A DNA stretch of 63,970 bases, the filler included, from Salisapilia sapeloensis CBS 127946 (Eukaryota; Protista; Oomycota): the NCBI GenBank assembly GCA_023334545.1. It is 10 parts of 10 records of this genome, joined end to end, with 100 filler letters (N's around TTAATTAATTAA, not from the genome) between each part and the next. Parts side by side here need not be neighbours in the genome. Positions count along the whole stretch, not along the records: positions 1 to 13,932 come from JAADVB010000392.1; 9 more parts are not named here. The stretch is one strand, 5' to 3'. The notes beneath the pieces are model-generated. The model saw only the letters and a program-made list of their open reading frames with translations, was not told the origin of the DNA and did no database searches. Below, piece after piece: positions 1 through 11,031 of this stretch (position 1 is the stretch's first letter; the number at the start of each line of letters is the position of its first letter). A program made the position numbers and the translations under genes.

Positions 1-141
1 GGTGAAACGTCTCTAGCGCGTGAAGCCCACCGCATGGGTCAGTTCATGGACTTCTTCCGTCTCAACTCCATGTACTATTCCCACACAGGCTTTTACTTTG
101 CCACGTGGATGACGATCGTCACGACGTTCGTGTACATGTAC
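1..141 (+). repeat. Inverted terminal repeat of contig 1 (left arm; partner 13792-13932)
   Basis: Base-by-base comparison: 1-141 equals the reverse complement of 13792-13932; first mismatch at position 142. Confidence 0.97.
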
Positions 142-2910
142 GCCAAGGTGTATCTCGCGATTTCCGGATCGCAGGAGCAAATGGTCTTCAACATGAACTC
201 GACCGAGATTATCAACATGAATGTTGCGAACAAGTTTGATGAGCGAGTGTTCTCCGATATGAAGAACGTCGTGAACACCCAGTTCTACATCCAAGCCGGT
301 ATGTTCCTCATGCTTCCGCTCATGGCAGTGTACTTCGGTGAAGGTGGTTTGAAGCGTGGAATGCAACGTTTCTTGGAGATGATTGTGACCCTCGGTCCTG
401 CTTTCTTCGTCTTCCAAGTCGGAACGACCATGCACTACTTTGACAATAACATTCTCCATGGTGGTGCCAAGTACCAAGCTACCGGTCGTGGTTTCAAGAT
501 CACACGAGAGTCCTTCGTCCTACTCTACAAGGCTTATGCTAGCAGTCACTACCGAAAAGCGTTTGAACTGATCGGTCTGTGCATCGTCTACGGCTTCTTC
601 GGTAACTTCTATGTCTGTCAGACGGATGCGCCAACGAACGACGATACGTTCGCGCATGACTACTGTGATGCTGCACAAGGTTACGGTGTCCAGACGTTCT
701 CCGTTTGGTTCATCGCGTTGCTCTGGTGCATCGGTCCGTTCATGTTCAACTCGGATGGTCTCGATTGGGAGAAAACCAAGGTCGACATCGGTGGCTGGGC
801 CCAATGGATGTTTGCCGACGAAGACTTCAAGGATGAAGACTCGACGAACACGGGTGGATGGATCGGATGGTGGAAGAGTGAACTCGAAATGTTCCACAAC
901 TCGAACATGATCTCGCGATTCACCGTCATCCTTCGTGAAAGTCGCCACTTCATCCTCATGTTCTACGTCTCGACCTTGTACACGGAAAGTCTCATGTACG
1001 TCGGTGTCACTGCCGGCTCTGCCGTCGCCACAGTTCTTGTTCTTGGTCTTTTCCATGGTATCGGACTCGGTATGAAGAGCTTGCGACCGTTGACACGAGC
1101 TTTCATCTACGCAGTCGTGCTCGTTATGGTCGTCGTAGGCTACTTCCTCGTCGTGTGGCTCGTCTTCGACCAAGACTGGGACTTTAGCATCTCGCTCTTC
1201 ATCGGATACGCTTCTGCTCTGTACGGCATCAACGAAATGGTGCGCATGTGGAGTTTCAAGAACTCGTCCGTTGCGAACATCTCGCTCTTCCAGCAGCTCG
1301 CCTTCCTCTTCGACTTTACTTTCTGCCTGACTCTGATCATCCCGCTTATCATCATGTCCTGCATCCCCTTCCTGAACGTCATTCAGACGCGTATGATGTA
1401 CAACGAAGGCTTCAGTAAGGTCATGTCTGCGTCTTCCCAATACGCCTTCTCGCTCGCAGCCTTTGTCGGTCTTTTGGGAGGTGCTGGATGCGGATGGCTC
1501 TACGGTCTCCTCTCGACGCTTGAACAGTCCGCCAGTTACTCTAGCTACGTCGTCACGTACGACGACGCTCTGTCCGGTGAAATTGGAGATGGTACCACGA
1601 CGTACGTCTTCTATGGTGCTGCCATGCTTGGTGTCATTCTCTCTGGTGCCATGAGCTACTTCCTTGGAAGAAGACAGGCGATTGTCGCCGGTGGCGTCTT
1701 CTCGACGCTCGGTATGATCGCCGTGAGTGCCAACGACAGCATGCGTGCAGCCTTGTTGATGCCTGGCATTGGTCTCCTCGGCTGCTCCATCGGTGTCTTG
1801 ATGCCATCGTTCTCCATCTACCTCTTGGAAATCTCGACGCGTGAAATGCGAGGCAAGGGCATGCTCATGCTCGGTATCGGCTTCGTCCTTGGCAACCTGT
1901 TGTCCGCCATCTTTTCGAACATCAACCAGCTCGGCTGGATCTGGCAAGCGTTTGGTGGAAGCGTCATCCTCGCTGTCATCACCCCGATGGTCAACATCTT
2001 CCCAGAGAGTCCGTACTGGATTCTCGAACGCAAGGGATGGGAAGCTTGTGAAGCTTGCCTCGTGACGCTTCGACGTAAGCCGGACGTCCAAGATGAGCTC
2101 AAGTTTATCCGGATGGAAGAGAAGCCAGACGATGCTGGAGGAGCCCCGTACAAATTCCTCATCGGCGTCTTCCTCATGCTCGTCTCGTCTTTGCAGTATG
2201 GTGTACTCAACTCTGTCGTTAGCTACAAGGGAGGTACCTTGTCTGACCAGCAGCTGATCCTCGTGAACTCGTTGATTCTCCAAATCTCAGGCGCTGGTCT
2301 GTCCTTCTTCTTTATCGACAAGCTCGATCACAAGTCCATCCTCTTTGGTACTTTGATCCCAGTTGCGTTGCTCGTCGGCTTGATCGGCTTCAACGAAATG
2401 TCGCCGTTCCTGGATGACATGGCGAATGGGCTCTACTACAGTCTGGTATGCATGGTCACGTTCTTCTTCCTCGGTCTCGGCACAACGTCTGTTCCATGGA
2501 CAGCCAGTGTCTCCATGTTCACGACGAGAGGTCGTGCCACGTCGACGACGTTCCTCTTTGCCATCTTCTTCTTGGCACCCATCGGATACGTCTTCATGCA
2601 CAGTGATAACAGCTTGGCGGATTCCGAGTACGTCTACGTGTACTTGTTGACTGCCTTCTGTGTCATCGCCATGGTCGTGCTCATTGGCGCTAGGACCAAG
2701 CGAAATGGTCTCATCTGCACCAAGGCGGAAGCGGATGCCGACCGTGATCTAGCGCAGCGTGTACGAGCCACGAGCAACGGCACGCGGACTCCGAGTACAC
2801 GTGACCGTAACTTTAGTCGTGTTAGGTCAAAGTCGAATGCTCCTGGTCGCAACTACCAAATGTACGACACGCCACAGCCACCTCAGCCGCCGCAGCAACA
2901 CCAGGTCTAG
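1..2910 (+). CDS. 1,3-beta-glucan (callose) synthase, GT48/FKS family, C-terminal part fused to an MFS sugar-porter-like domain (5'-truncated, copy A)
   Basis: Frame open from base 1: GETSLAREAHRMGQFMDFFRLNSMYYSHTGFY, then HGGAKYQATGRGF, LYKAYASSHY and PFMFN (FKS/GSL motifs). From ~nt 1450, sugar-porter motifs GRR, IYLLEISTREMRGKG and FPESPYW in a multi-TM region. Confidence 0.93.
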   Translation, partial: GETSLAREAHRMGQFMDFFRLNSMYYSHTGFYFATWMTIVTTFVYMYAKVYLAISGSQEQMVFNMNSTEIINMNVANKFDERVFSDMKNVVNTQFYIQAGMFLMLPLMAVYFGEGGLKRGMQRFLEMIVTLGPAFFVFQVGTTMHYFDNNILHGGAKYQATGRGFKITRESFVLLYKAYASSHYRKAFELIGLCIVYGFFGNFYVCQTDAPTNDDTFAHDYCDAAQGYGVQTFSVWFIALLWCIGPFMFNSDGLDWEKTKVDIGGWAQWMFADEDFKDEDSTNTGGWIGWWKSELEMFHNSNMISRFTVILRESRHFILMFYVSTLYTESLMYVGVTAGSAVATVLVLGLFHGIGLGMKSLRPLTRAFIYAVVLVMVVVGYFLVVWLVFDQDWDFSISLFIGYASALYGINEMVRMWSFKNSSVANISLFQQLAFLFDFTFCLTLIIPLIIMSCIPFLNVIQTRMMYNEGFSKVMSASSQYAFSLAAFVGLLGGAGCGWLYGLLSTLEQSASYSSYVVTYDDALSGEIGDGTTTYVFYGAAMLGVILSGAMSYFLGRRQAIVAGGVFSTLGMIAVSANDSMRAALLMPGIGLLGCSIGVLMPSFSIYLLEISTREMRGKGMLMLGIGFVLGNLLSAIFSNINQLGWIWQAFGGSVILAVITPMVNIFPESPYWILERKGWEACEACLVTLRRKPDVQDELKFIRMEEKPDDAGGAPYKFLIGVFLMLVSSLQYGVLNSVVSYKGGTLSDQQLILVNSLILQISGAGLSFFFIDKLDHKSILFGTLIPVALLVGLIGFNEMSPFLDDMANGLYYSLVCMVTFFFLGLGTTSVPWTASVSMFTTRGRATSTTFLFAIFFLAPIGYVFMHSDNSLADSEYVYVYLLTAFCVIAMVVLIGARTKRNGLICTKAEADADRDLAQRVRATSNGTRTPSTRDRNFSRVRSKSNAPGRNYQMYDTPQPPQPPQQHQV

Positions 2911-3630
2911 TTTGGAAACGTGCGCTTTGAACGAAATGTCCAAGTCGCCCTTGTTCCTAAGAAAGTAGTTGGGCTACAGTGTATTCTTCTTTTGGTAATT
3001 TTGAATCCTTTTTGCTTCATTCGTACGATCTTTGTATTCTTTGTATTCTTTGTGATATATCTATGTAGTCTATTTGCTTTGGCGTCTTCTCTAGCGACTC
3101 ATGATTATGCGTCTAGCGACTGCACTTTGCCATTTTATATTGCTAACGTGCATATCAATACATAATATGACTGCATCGGCATTAGAACAAAAAGATCAAG
3201 CTTGATCACTCGGTCTTGAGACTCGATGCTTGGATCTCGATCAATCAAGATTGCTTCGCTCCATGTAGAGGTATTACCGATTGACTATCTAATATATTTC
3301 TTATAATAATACATTTGAAGTACAGTCCGATGGAAATCGTGCTACAGAAAGATGAAAAGTTTGAACAAAATACTTTAAATCCATCTTGTGGTAACCTAGC
3401 TTTCCGTTTGATGATCTTTGTCCAGTAAAGCATACTTTTCCTAGTGAAGCTACTATAAACAATAACAATTAATATGATCATAGCATACAAAAACCAAGTT
3501 CTTTAGCAGTCAATACCTTTCAGAAGCTACAAACTGTGAAAACGGATAAAAAGTCGGACAACCCTGGCGAAATGAATAAAAGCGAGGAAAAGTTCAAAAT
3601 CAACGGCGGAGGAGTACCCCCCTCGTACCA

Positions 3631-5148
3631 ATGTCTGAAGCCCTCGATTCATCTGCCGCAGCGCCGGAGCCAAGCGCCCAAGCCGTGGCAGCTCCCCAAC
3701 CTACCGGCAGAAACAAGCGCATATTTGCATTTCAAAAACGATGGCTGAACACTCTTCCTATCGCCGAGCGTACTTCTACAGAATATCTTAAAACCTCGAC
3801 GAATGGACCTGTCGTTGTGTGCATGCTTTGCGAAGAGAATGTCGATCCGAACGACAAGCTAGATCGCGTTCGTACGTGGGACCGTCATAACGTCCGTCGT
3901 GGTCGTATCGAGACTCACTTGCACAACAAACACCCTCAAGCCATGACTTTCTTGCGATTTAAACTCGAAACACAAGGCGAATTCGCTCTCCAAATGTTCT
4001 TAACCGAGATGCGAGAAGGCAAGGTGAACGTTTCGAAAGCCATGATGATGGCACACACGCATGGATACGTGGCTGAGCCAACTTTTCCACCTGAAATGCA
4101 GGAGGAGAAACGAGCTCGGGAAGACATGATGGAAATGAACGACGTGAAGAGGCAAAAGACGGAAGAAGTGCCTGCTCGAGCGGATCCGATGGACGTCATG
4201 GACGACCAGGATGAGCAGCTAGAAGTGGAAAATGATCATCTGGAAGATGCACAGCATCCACTAGGTGACAAGCTGGTACGTCAAATGTCCTATACTCGTT
4301 CGTATCCTATTTAATCCACTGATACTAGATCATCGTGACTGGAGGAGATGATCCAAAGGCAGCAGAGCTAGCGACAAGTCTATTTGTTAAAGGAGCCAAC
4401 GTCTTCTTGCTGTTCACGTACATTACTCTTTGGTGACGATGTTGTAAAACGTACTGATAATGGAAATCTAGAGCTTCGTTGGCGCTGGACAAGTTCACAA
4501 AGGCTCATCAAGCTCGTTTCGGCGATCAGGAGAACGGGATGAGAGGCGAGTTGATGCCCAAGATGCTGCAGTCACCGACTGGAAGCCTGGACGACGAGTT
4601 CTCGAGATTCATCCAGCCGTATTCGACGCTCGATGCGCTCATCACGTACACGTCTCCTCTTGCCTACACGACGACTGATCAGTCCCACATCTCCAATCCG
4701 TATGAGATACATGCACTCTATCTCTTTCCATCTACTTATCACGAATGCAGGTATCGAGCTCTATCGTTCTGTGACATCGTCCGGAATCACTGTTTCCGAT
4801 CGACCAAGCGAGGTCGCATCCTCAACATTGTGCAACTCGGCAGTGACATGTACGTAGCTGACACTTGTCTACTTGAAACTGATGATCTAATCGATAAATA
4901 GTCAATCGCAGATGGATGTCGCGGCCGTGGAAGCCTTGTCGAGTGCCATTAGCAGCTCCTCGGATGCCATGCACCTGTCAGCCGCGACGATTGTGTTAGA
5001 CGGTCAGAGCGTACCAGTCACATCTCTCGCGGACACGTCTCTCTTCCTCCTTCGCGGTCGGAACGCCAACATGTCTGCCAGTGTCGTTCGCCTATCAGCG
5101 AAATCATCTGACACGACGGTGGAGCTACCGGAAGTGGCACAAGTGTAA
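3631..5148 (+). CDS. Multi-exon protein with N-terminal C2H2/TTF-BED-like zinc finger and C-terminal degenerate SDR-like Rossmann fold
   Basis: Exon 1 has FQKRWL...CMLC-x24-HLHNKH. Predicted GT-AG introns at 4276-4328, 4418-4471, ~4700-4750 and ~4850-4901 join in frame LGDKLIIVTGGDDPKAAELATSLFVKGANVFLLF...RGRILNIV...AAVEALSSAI...LADTSLFLL. Confidence 0.6.
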
Positions 5149-5198
5149 TTGAACGAGCAAGAGTTTTTTTTTTCTCAAGAACATGTTTTTCCAATGTC

Positions 5199-6034
5199 TT
5201 ACTTTTTCGTCTGGTTGGCCACACCTTCAATGCGTTCCTTGATCTTTTGCTGGTCACCGACGTACCGGCCAGAGAGAGGAGCGATGGCATCCGCCTGCTT
5301 AATCGGTTTCATATTTTCATCCAACTCGTAGACGAGAGGGACACCAGTCGGGATGTTGAGACCCGTGATGACGTCGTCCGGGATGTCGTCCAAGTGCTTG
5401 ACCAACGCACGGAGACTGTTCCCGTGAGCGGCGATGAGTACCTTCTTTCCGCTCTTAATGGACGGAACGATGGTCTCTTCCCAGTACGGCAAGAAACGGT
5501 CCTTGGTCATGGCCAAAGACTCGGTGAACGGCAGGTTCTCCTTGGCGACGTCCTGGTACTTTTTGTCGTTGCCAGGGTAGTGCTCACTGGACTCGTCCAA
5601 GGCAGGCGGGGGAGTCGCGTAGGAACGACGCCAGACCATGACTTGCTCGTGGCCGTGCTTCTCGACCGTCTCCTGCTTGTTTAGACCAGTGAGAGCACCG
5701 TAGTGGCGTTCGTTGAGACGCCAGTTGCGGATCACTGGGATCCACATGAGGTCCATTTTCTCCATGACAAACCACAGCGTCTTGATCGCACGCTTGAGGA
5801 CGGACGTGTAGGCGAGGTCGAACTCGAATCCAGCCTCGGCAAGCAAGCGTCCGGCATCTTGTGCCTCCTCTTCTCCCTTGGCAGATAGAGGGACGTCGTG
5901 CCAACCGGTGAAACGGTTGTCAACGTTCCACTGGCTTTCACCGTGGCGTACGAGAACTACTTGGTACTTGGCTATAGGACGGATGAGGAGATGCAAACGA
6001 ATAAAGCATCCGGAGATAGATACATACCAGACAT
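5199..6034 (-). CDS. PGAM: 2,3-bisphosphoglycerate-dependent phosphoglycerate mutase (dPGM)
   Basis: [20 protein letters not shown] and AHGNSLRAL motifs. A short first exon (ATG TCT G at 6034) spliced to the main ORF gives [15 protein letters not shown], with no obvious targeting peptide. Confidence 0.96.
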
Positions 6035-6256
6035 GATGCGTTCAAAGTGACTTGGATGCCGCAAATTCGAAAATGATCTTTTGGTGTTGGGTAGAGCTAC
6101 ACCGACATACAAACACCAAGTACAACGGAAACGACACCAAGTGGTACGTTAGGAGTACGTTACAGGTACTATAGCGGTACGTATAAGAAAGTGGATATAT
6201 TTTGATGGGACTCATTTTCCCGCCTAAAGTCGATTGCTCGCCATTAAGTGATCACT

Positions 6257-8556
6257 ATGGACTGGGATGTCGGCCGCGTGACGTCCATGGGGATGGACCC
6301 GAATGGGGAGCAAGAGGTTCAGAATGATGACAAGCCATCGCCTTCAATCCTCCAGAAACGGTTTGTCGATTTCCTTCGTCAGTTTCGTGTCGGAGCTCGA
6401 TTCATCTATCGCGAACAGCTTCTTGCGAATTATCGTCGTCGTGCTTTCTACTTTACGTTGCATCTATCGCATCTATCTACGTACGATCAATTGCTCCAGG
6501 ATTTACTATTGCATAAACCCAAAGAGCACTTGTACTTGGCCGAAAACGCTGCAAAAGACCTATTGAAAGGACTTCTGGTACACCATGACGAACCAGAGGA
6601 AGCGAATATGAACGGCGAGAGCGAGGAAACTAGCCGTCCTCTGTCCGGGAATATCGTGCCAGATTTGCAGGTCGTGCTAAACAGCGATCAAGAATCTATT
6701 CCACTCCGAGACGTCCATGCTCAGGAGATTAACAAGCTCGTCAAAGTCCCTGGTATCATCGTATCAGCAAGTAAAGTCCGAACCAAATGCACCCATTCCG
6801 TCCTACGCTGTCGATACTGTGGAAATACTAAAAAGGTAGAATACGTGTACATTGATATGTTAGTTCAAAACTCACCTTATTGTAGGTTACCACGTCTGGT
6901 CTCGGTGGTATTCACATTCCTCGTGTGTGTGATCGGACGAAAGAGATGCGAGAAGAAAAGAGCAGTATGACCAACCAAGAAGAGCCCTGTCCGATGGACT
7001 CGTACATGGTTCTGCCAGACCGTGGCGAGTACGTCGATCAACAAACGTTAAAGCTCCAGGAACATCCAGAGGTCGTACCGACAGGAGAGATGCCTCGATC
7101 CCTATCGCTCATAAGTGAGCGCAATCTCATCGACCGAGCGTCGCCAGGCACGCGCGTCAGTGTCCTCGGCATTACGAGTGTCGTGAACGGAAACAACAAG
7201 AAAGTAGGCGCCGTCGCCATTCGCAACTTGTACCTTCGGGTCATCGGGATCGAAGTCGATGAAGACGGTGCTGGCCGAGCCAAAGCTACTTTTACTAGAG
7301 CCGAGGAAGAAAAGTTCCAGGAGATGGCGAGAGATCCAGAGCTATATGATAAACTGTCCAACAGCATCGCTCCTTCTGTCTACGGAGACTACACTGTCAA
7401 CATCAAGAAAGCCATCGCGTGTCTTCTCGTCGGTGGCTCTCGAAAGCGTCTACCGGACGGCATGATGCTACGAGGCGACATCAACGTCCTACTACTAGGC
7501 GACCCATCTACCGCCAAGTCACAGTTCCTCAAATTCACAGAGAAAGCAGCTCCTGTCGCGGTGTACACGAGTGGTAAAGGTAGTAGTGCCGCAGGATTAA
7601 CAGCTTCAGTCATTAAAGACTCGAGAGGCGAGTTCTATCTAGAAGGTGGTGCCATGGTACTAGCGGATGGTGGTGTCGTGTGTATCGATGAGTTCGACAA
7701 GATGCGAGAGAGCGATCGTGTAGCGATCCACGAAGCTATGGAGCAGCAGACGATTAGTATTGCTAAAGCAGGTATCACGACGATTTTAAACAGCCGAGCA
7801 TCGGTCCTTGCGGCTGCGAATCCAGTGTTTGGACGCTACGACGACATGCGTAGTGCGTCGGAGAATATCGATCTCATGAGTACGATTCTTAGTCGTTTCG
7901 ATCTCATCTTTATCGTTCGAGACATCCAGGATGATGCTCGTGACCGAGCGATGGCAGCGCATGTCGTTGGTATCCATACGAATGGGAGTCGAGAGGAAGA
8001 GCGGGAAGGAGAGTATGAGCCGTGGTTGATGAAAAAGTTTTTGTCGTACGTCCGATCGAGGTGTGCACCGCGGCTAAGTGATGAAGCCGCACAGGCGCTT
8101 CAAGACTTTTACGTTGGTATTCGCGATGATATCCGTCGGTCTGGTGAGAATGAGCAAGGAGAAAAGGAGGAGGCTGCGATCCCAGTGACGGTGCGGCAGT
8201 TGGAAGCTCTGGTGCGTATAGCCGAGTCCTTGGCTAAGATGCGATTGGAGACGGAAGCGACGATGGAGGATGTTCGAGAGGCTGTGCGACTGTTTCGTGT
8301 GAGTACGATGAATGCAGCCAAGGACGGTGGGACGCAAGGTCTGTTCGGTGGTTTCCATGAGAAAGCGAGGGAGGTGGAAGCGAGTATCGAACGTAGCTTG
8401 GGCATTGGGAGTCGAGTGGAAACGAGTGCCTTGTATGGGAAGCTGGAAGGTCAAGGCTATAATCCAAATGCTATCCAACGCGCGATTCGAGCCATGGTAC
8501 AGAAAGGAGCGTTGAAGCAGATGAACCAGTACAAGTTTGTCTCTCGGTTGCGATAA
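6257..8556 (+). CDS. MCM5: DNA replication licensing factor MCM5
   Basis: IACLLVGGSRKRLPDGMMLRGDINVLLLGDPSTAKSQFLKF, IDEFDKM and SRFDLIF; zinc motif CRYC; one intron at ~6835-6886 joins the two ORFs. Confidence 0.96.
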
Positions 8557-8567
8557 AAGAACTATTT

Positions 8568-9077
8568 CTACTTGGCATTCTTTTCAATAAACGCTTCGAG
8601 TTGGTGCAACATGTCGCTTTGAATCTCTCGTGGCACAGCATCTATGCAAGTGCTATTCGTACAGGTTGACGCATCGGATGGTATAGAGGAATGTACCTTT
8701 CGCGGCAGGTGTCACGGCCTGCACTAGATCTTCGACGCTGACGTTTTCAAGACCACGGGATCGGATCAGGTCTAGTAGACTGATTAGATGGGAACCGTCC
8801 TATCGTATCGATACGGATGATACCTTTGCATCGTGCCTTCATATCATCTCGCCAGCCACATTCGTTTAATTTGGATTCTAGCTGTGCTTCCAGACGTGCC
8901 TTTTCGCCGGACGCGACGAATTCATCGCTTAGTAGCTTACGCGTTTCAGCATCACGTTCGTGACGAGTGGCAAACGACCTGTGGTAGCAGATGTATGAGC
9001 ATCTTGATGGGACACTGATATGGCGGGTAGGAAGGTTTGAATATGAGATGGTGGGCATACTCGTCTTCGGTGGCCAT
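8568..9077 (-). CDS. ENY2: Transcription and mRNA export factor ENY2/Sus1
   Basis: The four-exon model reads MATEDE...SGEKARLEAQLESKLNECGWRDDMKARCKDLIRSRGLENVSVEDLVQAVTPAAKDAVPREIQSDMLHQLEAFIEKNAK*, matching the ENY2 pattern along its whole length. Confidence 0.88.
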
Positions 9078-9438
9078 GATACTGGGCGCTTGATTCGGTT
9101 CTACTAGGTCGTTTTTTCATATCGGACATATTGGATTTTGTATCTGGGAGAGGATGGATGAAATTTATTTTCAAGCGTAAACTATGCGCACAATGCGACG
9201 ATGGCGTTCGTATTGAAATGGGCGCTCAATATTTTGTATAGGAAAAGCCTATGTGATGGCAATTGACTATACCTAAATATGTATGACGATGCGACGATGG
9301 CGCATGAAGTCAGATCAAAGCGCGAGTAGTAACAAGGCATCCTTCGTGTCTTCGCCCGCCAGTGCGTAACCTCCGACGCAACGCTCGTCCTAAATTCCAC
9401 CCCGCTGTTGCCACTTTCCATTCTGAAGACATCTCGCC

Positions 9439-10704
9439 ATGGAGCAGGCACTGCAACTGCCCAAGCTCACGCTCGGCTTCGGGCCGACGCAGCCCAAATT
9501 CCTCGACTGCATCGATCCCCCGACGTACCCACTGCCATCGCCGCCATGGTACACACCTCTTCGTCTTTTAACTTCTTTCGTGTCGCTTATACGATCCGTC
9601 AAAACCGTAGGTCCCTCCATCACAAGCCTCGGTCCATCGCAGTCCTCGACGCGTACAAGGATCATGAGCTCGTCGAGACGGTAAACCCCTTTCGAATGAA
9701 TTCGATCAAGAACAATTTTCTAATTATTCAAATAGCACGTCGTACACCGCAAGTCGATGTACTTGATCGGCCGCAACTCGGCCGTATGCGACATCGTGCT
9801 GTACCACTGCTCGATCTCGAGACTACACGCCGCCATCGTACACCATCAGGAAGGATCGACTTATATCATCGACCTCAACTCTGGTCACGGCACGTACTTG
9901 GATGGTCGCAAACTGAACCCACTTCAGCCGACGCTCGTCACCCAAGGCGCGCATGTCAAGTTCGGCGGATCCTCGCGCGACTACTTTTTCAAAACCTTCC
10001 AGAGCAAAGCCGAGATCTCCGAGACGATCCAGTCTCGCACAGGTCTCGATGACGCTGAACGAGCCTTACAGAAGAATACTTTATTAAACCAGGCATTGGC
10101 GTATCGACCAGAGCTCATTTCGCCTCCAACTCCGTTCCAGACGCCAGCGAACAATCCGTTTCGGATCACGACGAACGACTCAGATCCATTCACGACGCTT
10201 CCGACGCACAAGAAGACCGAGTCAGAGACGCAGAACCCGCTCTTTCGCACCGGCGTCGCGACGAATGCCAACCACTGTTTCCGTCCGCGACTAGGTCGAC
10301 CGAAGAGTTCATCGGCAGATGCTGCACTCGGGTACTCGCATAGCTTCACTTTGAATAATGGATCGAATCAGGAGCAGAACGCGACGCAAGTGTTTCTCCA
10401 TGACTTGGAGCGCCATTCGCCGGAACTTAGTAAGCAGTTGGAACCCGCTCGGAAGCGGACGCGAGGTCAGAGTCAAACGAGTCAGACGTCGAGCTCGGAC
10501 GTGAGTTTAGGTCGACGGGATTCGTCCATGAGCATGAACAGTGAGAGCTCGATAGAAGAGAATGTGGACATGCAGCCACCTCGTAAAGTGCACTTTTGCA
10601 ACGATCAGCCGGAAGTGATTCCAGAAAAGGAGAATTGTATCATCGAGTGGCTCGGGAACCAAGAGCTTGGCACCAAGGCTGGTGAACCCATGCAGGACGA
10701 TTGA
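9439..10704 (+). CDS. FHA-domain protein (NIPP1/PPP1R8-like N-terminus) with disordered C-terminus
   Basis: IGRNSAVCDIVLYHCSISRLHAAIVHH...IDLNSGHGTYLDG is a canonical FHA signature. The upstream exon from ATG 9439 joins via an intron at ~9681-9736. Confidence 0.8.
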
Positions 10705-11031
10705 AGGTCTGCGAGGGACGTACCAGAGATAGCACTTTTGCATTAAGAAAGTGACGTAAAGGAGGATGGGTAATTTATGCTTTTGTGCAAAGGAAAATGC
10801 AAGACCGATTTCAATGAATACCTTGCCTTCCTAGTATACGTATTGTTTTCCGACTAGAGATGGAACCAAAAGACGATAGAAGTATCCAACGGATTATTAC
10901 CAAAGTAAAAGAGAATGGATGTGGATCTCTGTGCTAGCCTAGAGAAAAAGAAAGAAAAAGATATCAAATGCGATGTACATCGTGTCGCCATCCGCTTGCT
11001 AAATCTGACAGACGATAACCTGTCGTAAGTT

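Noticed and set aside
520-2283. Long antisense ORFs opposite real genes (also 12433-13584, 14496-15014, 16287-16826, 43091-43870, 51640-52299)
   Set aside because: Shadow ORFs produced by codon bias on the coding strand; no recognisable motifs.
3194-3207. 14-bp palindrome GATCAAGCTTGATC with a partial U2-snRNA-like AAGATCAAG
   Set aside because: The flanks do not match U2 (no GTGTAGTA branch-pairing sequence), and a palindrome this short is expected by chance in 64 kb.
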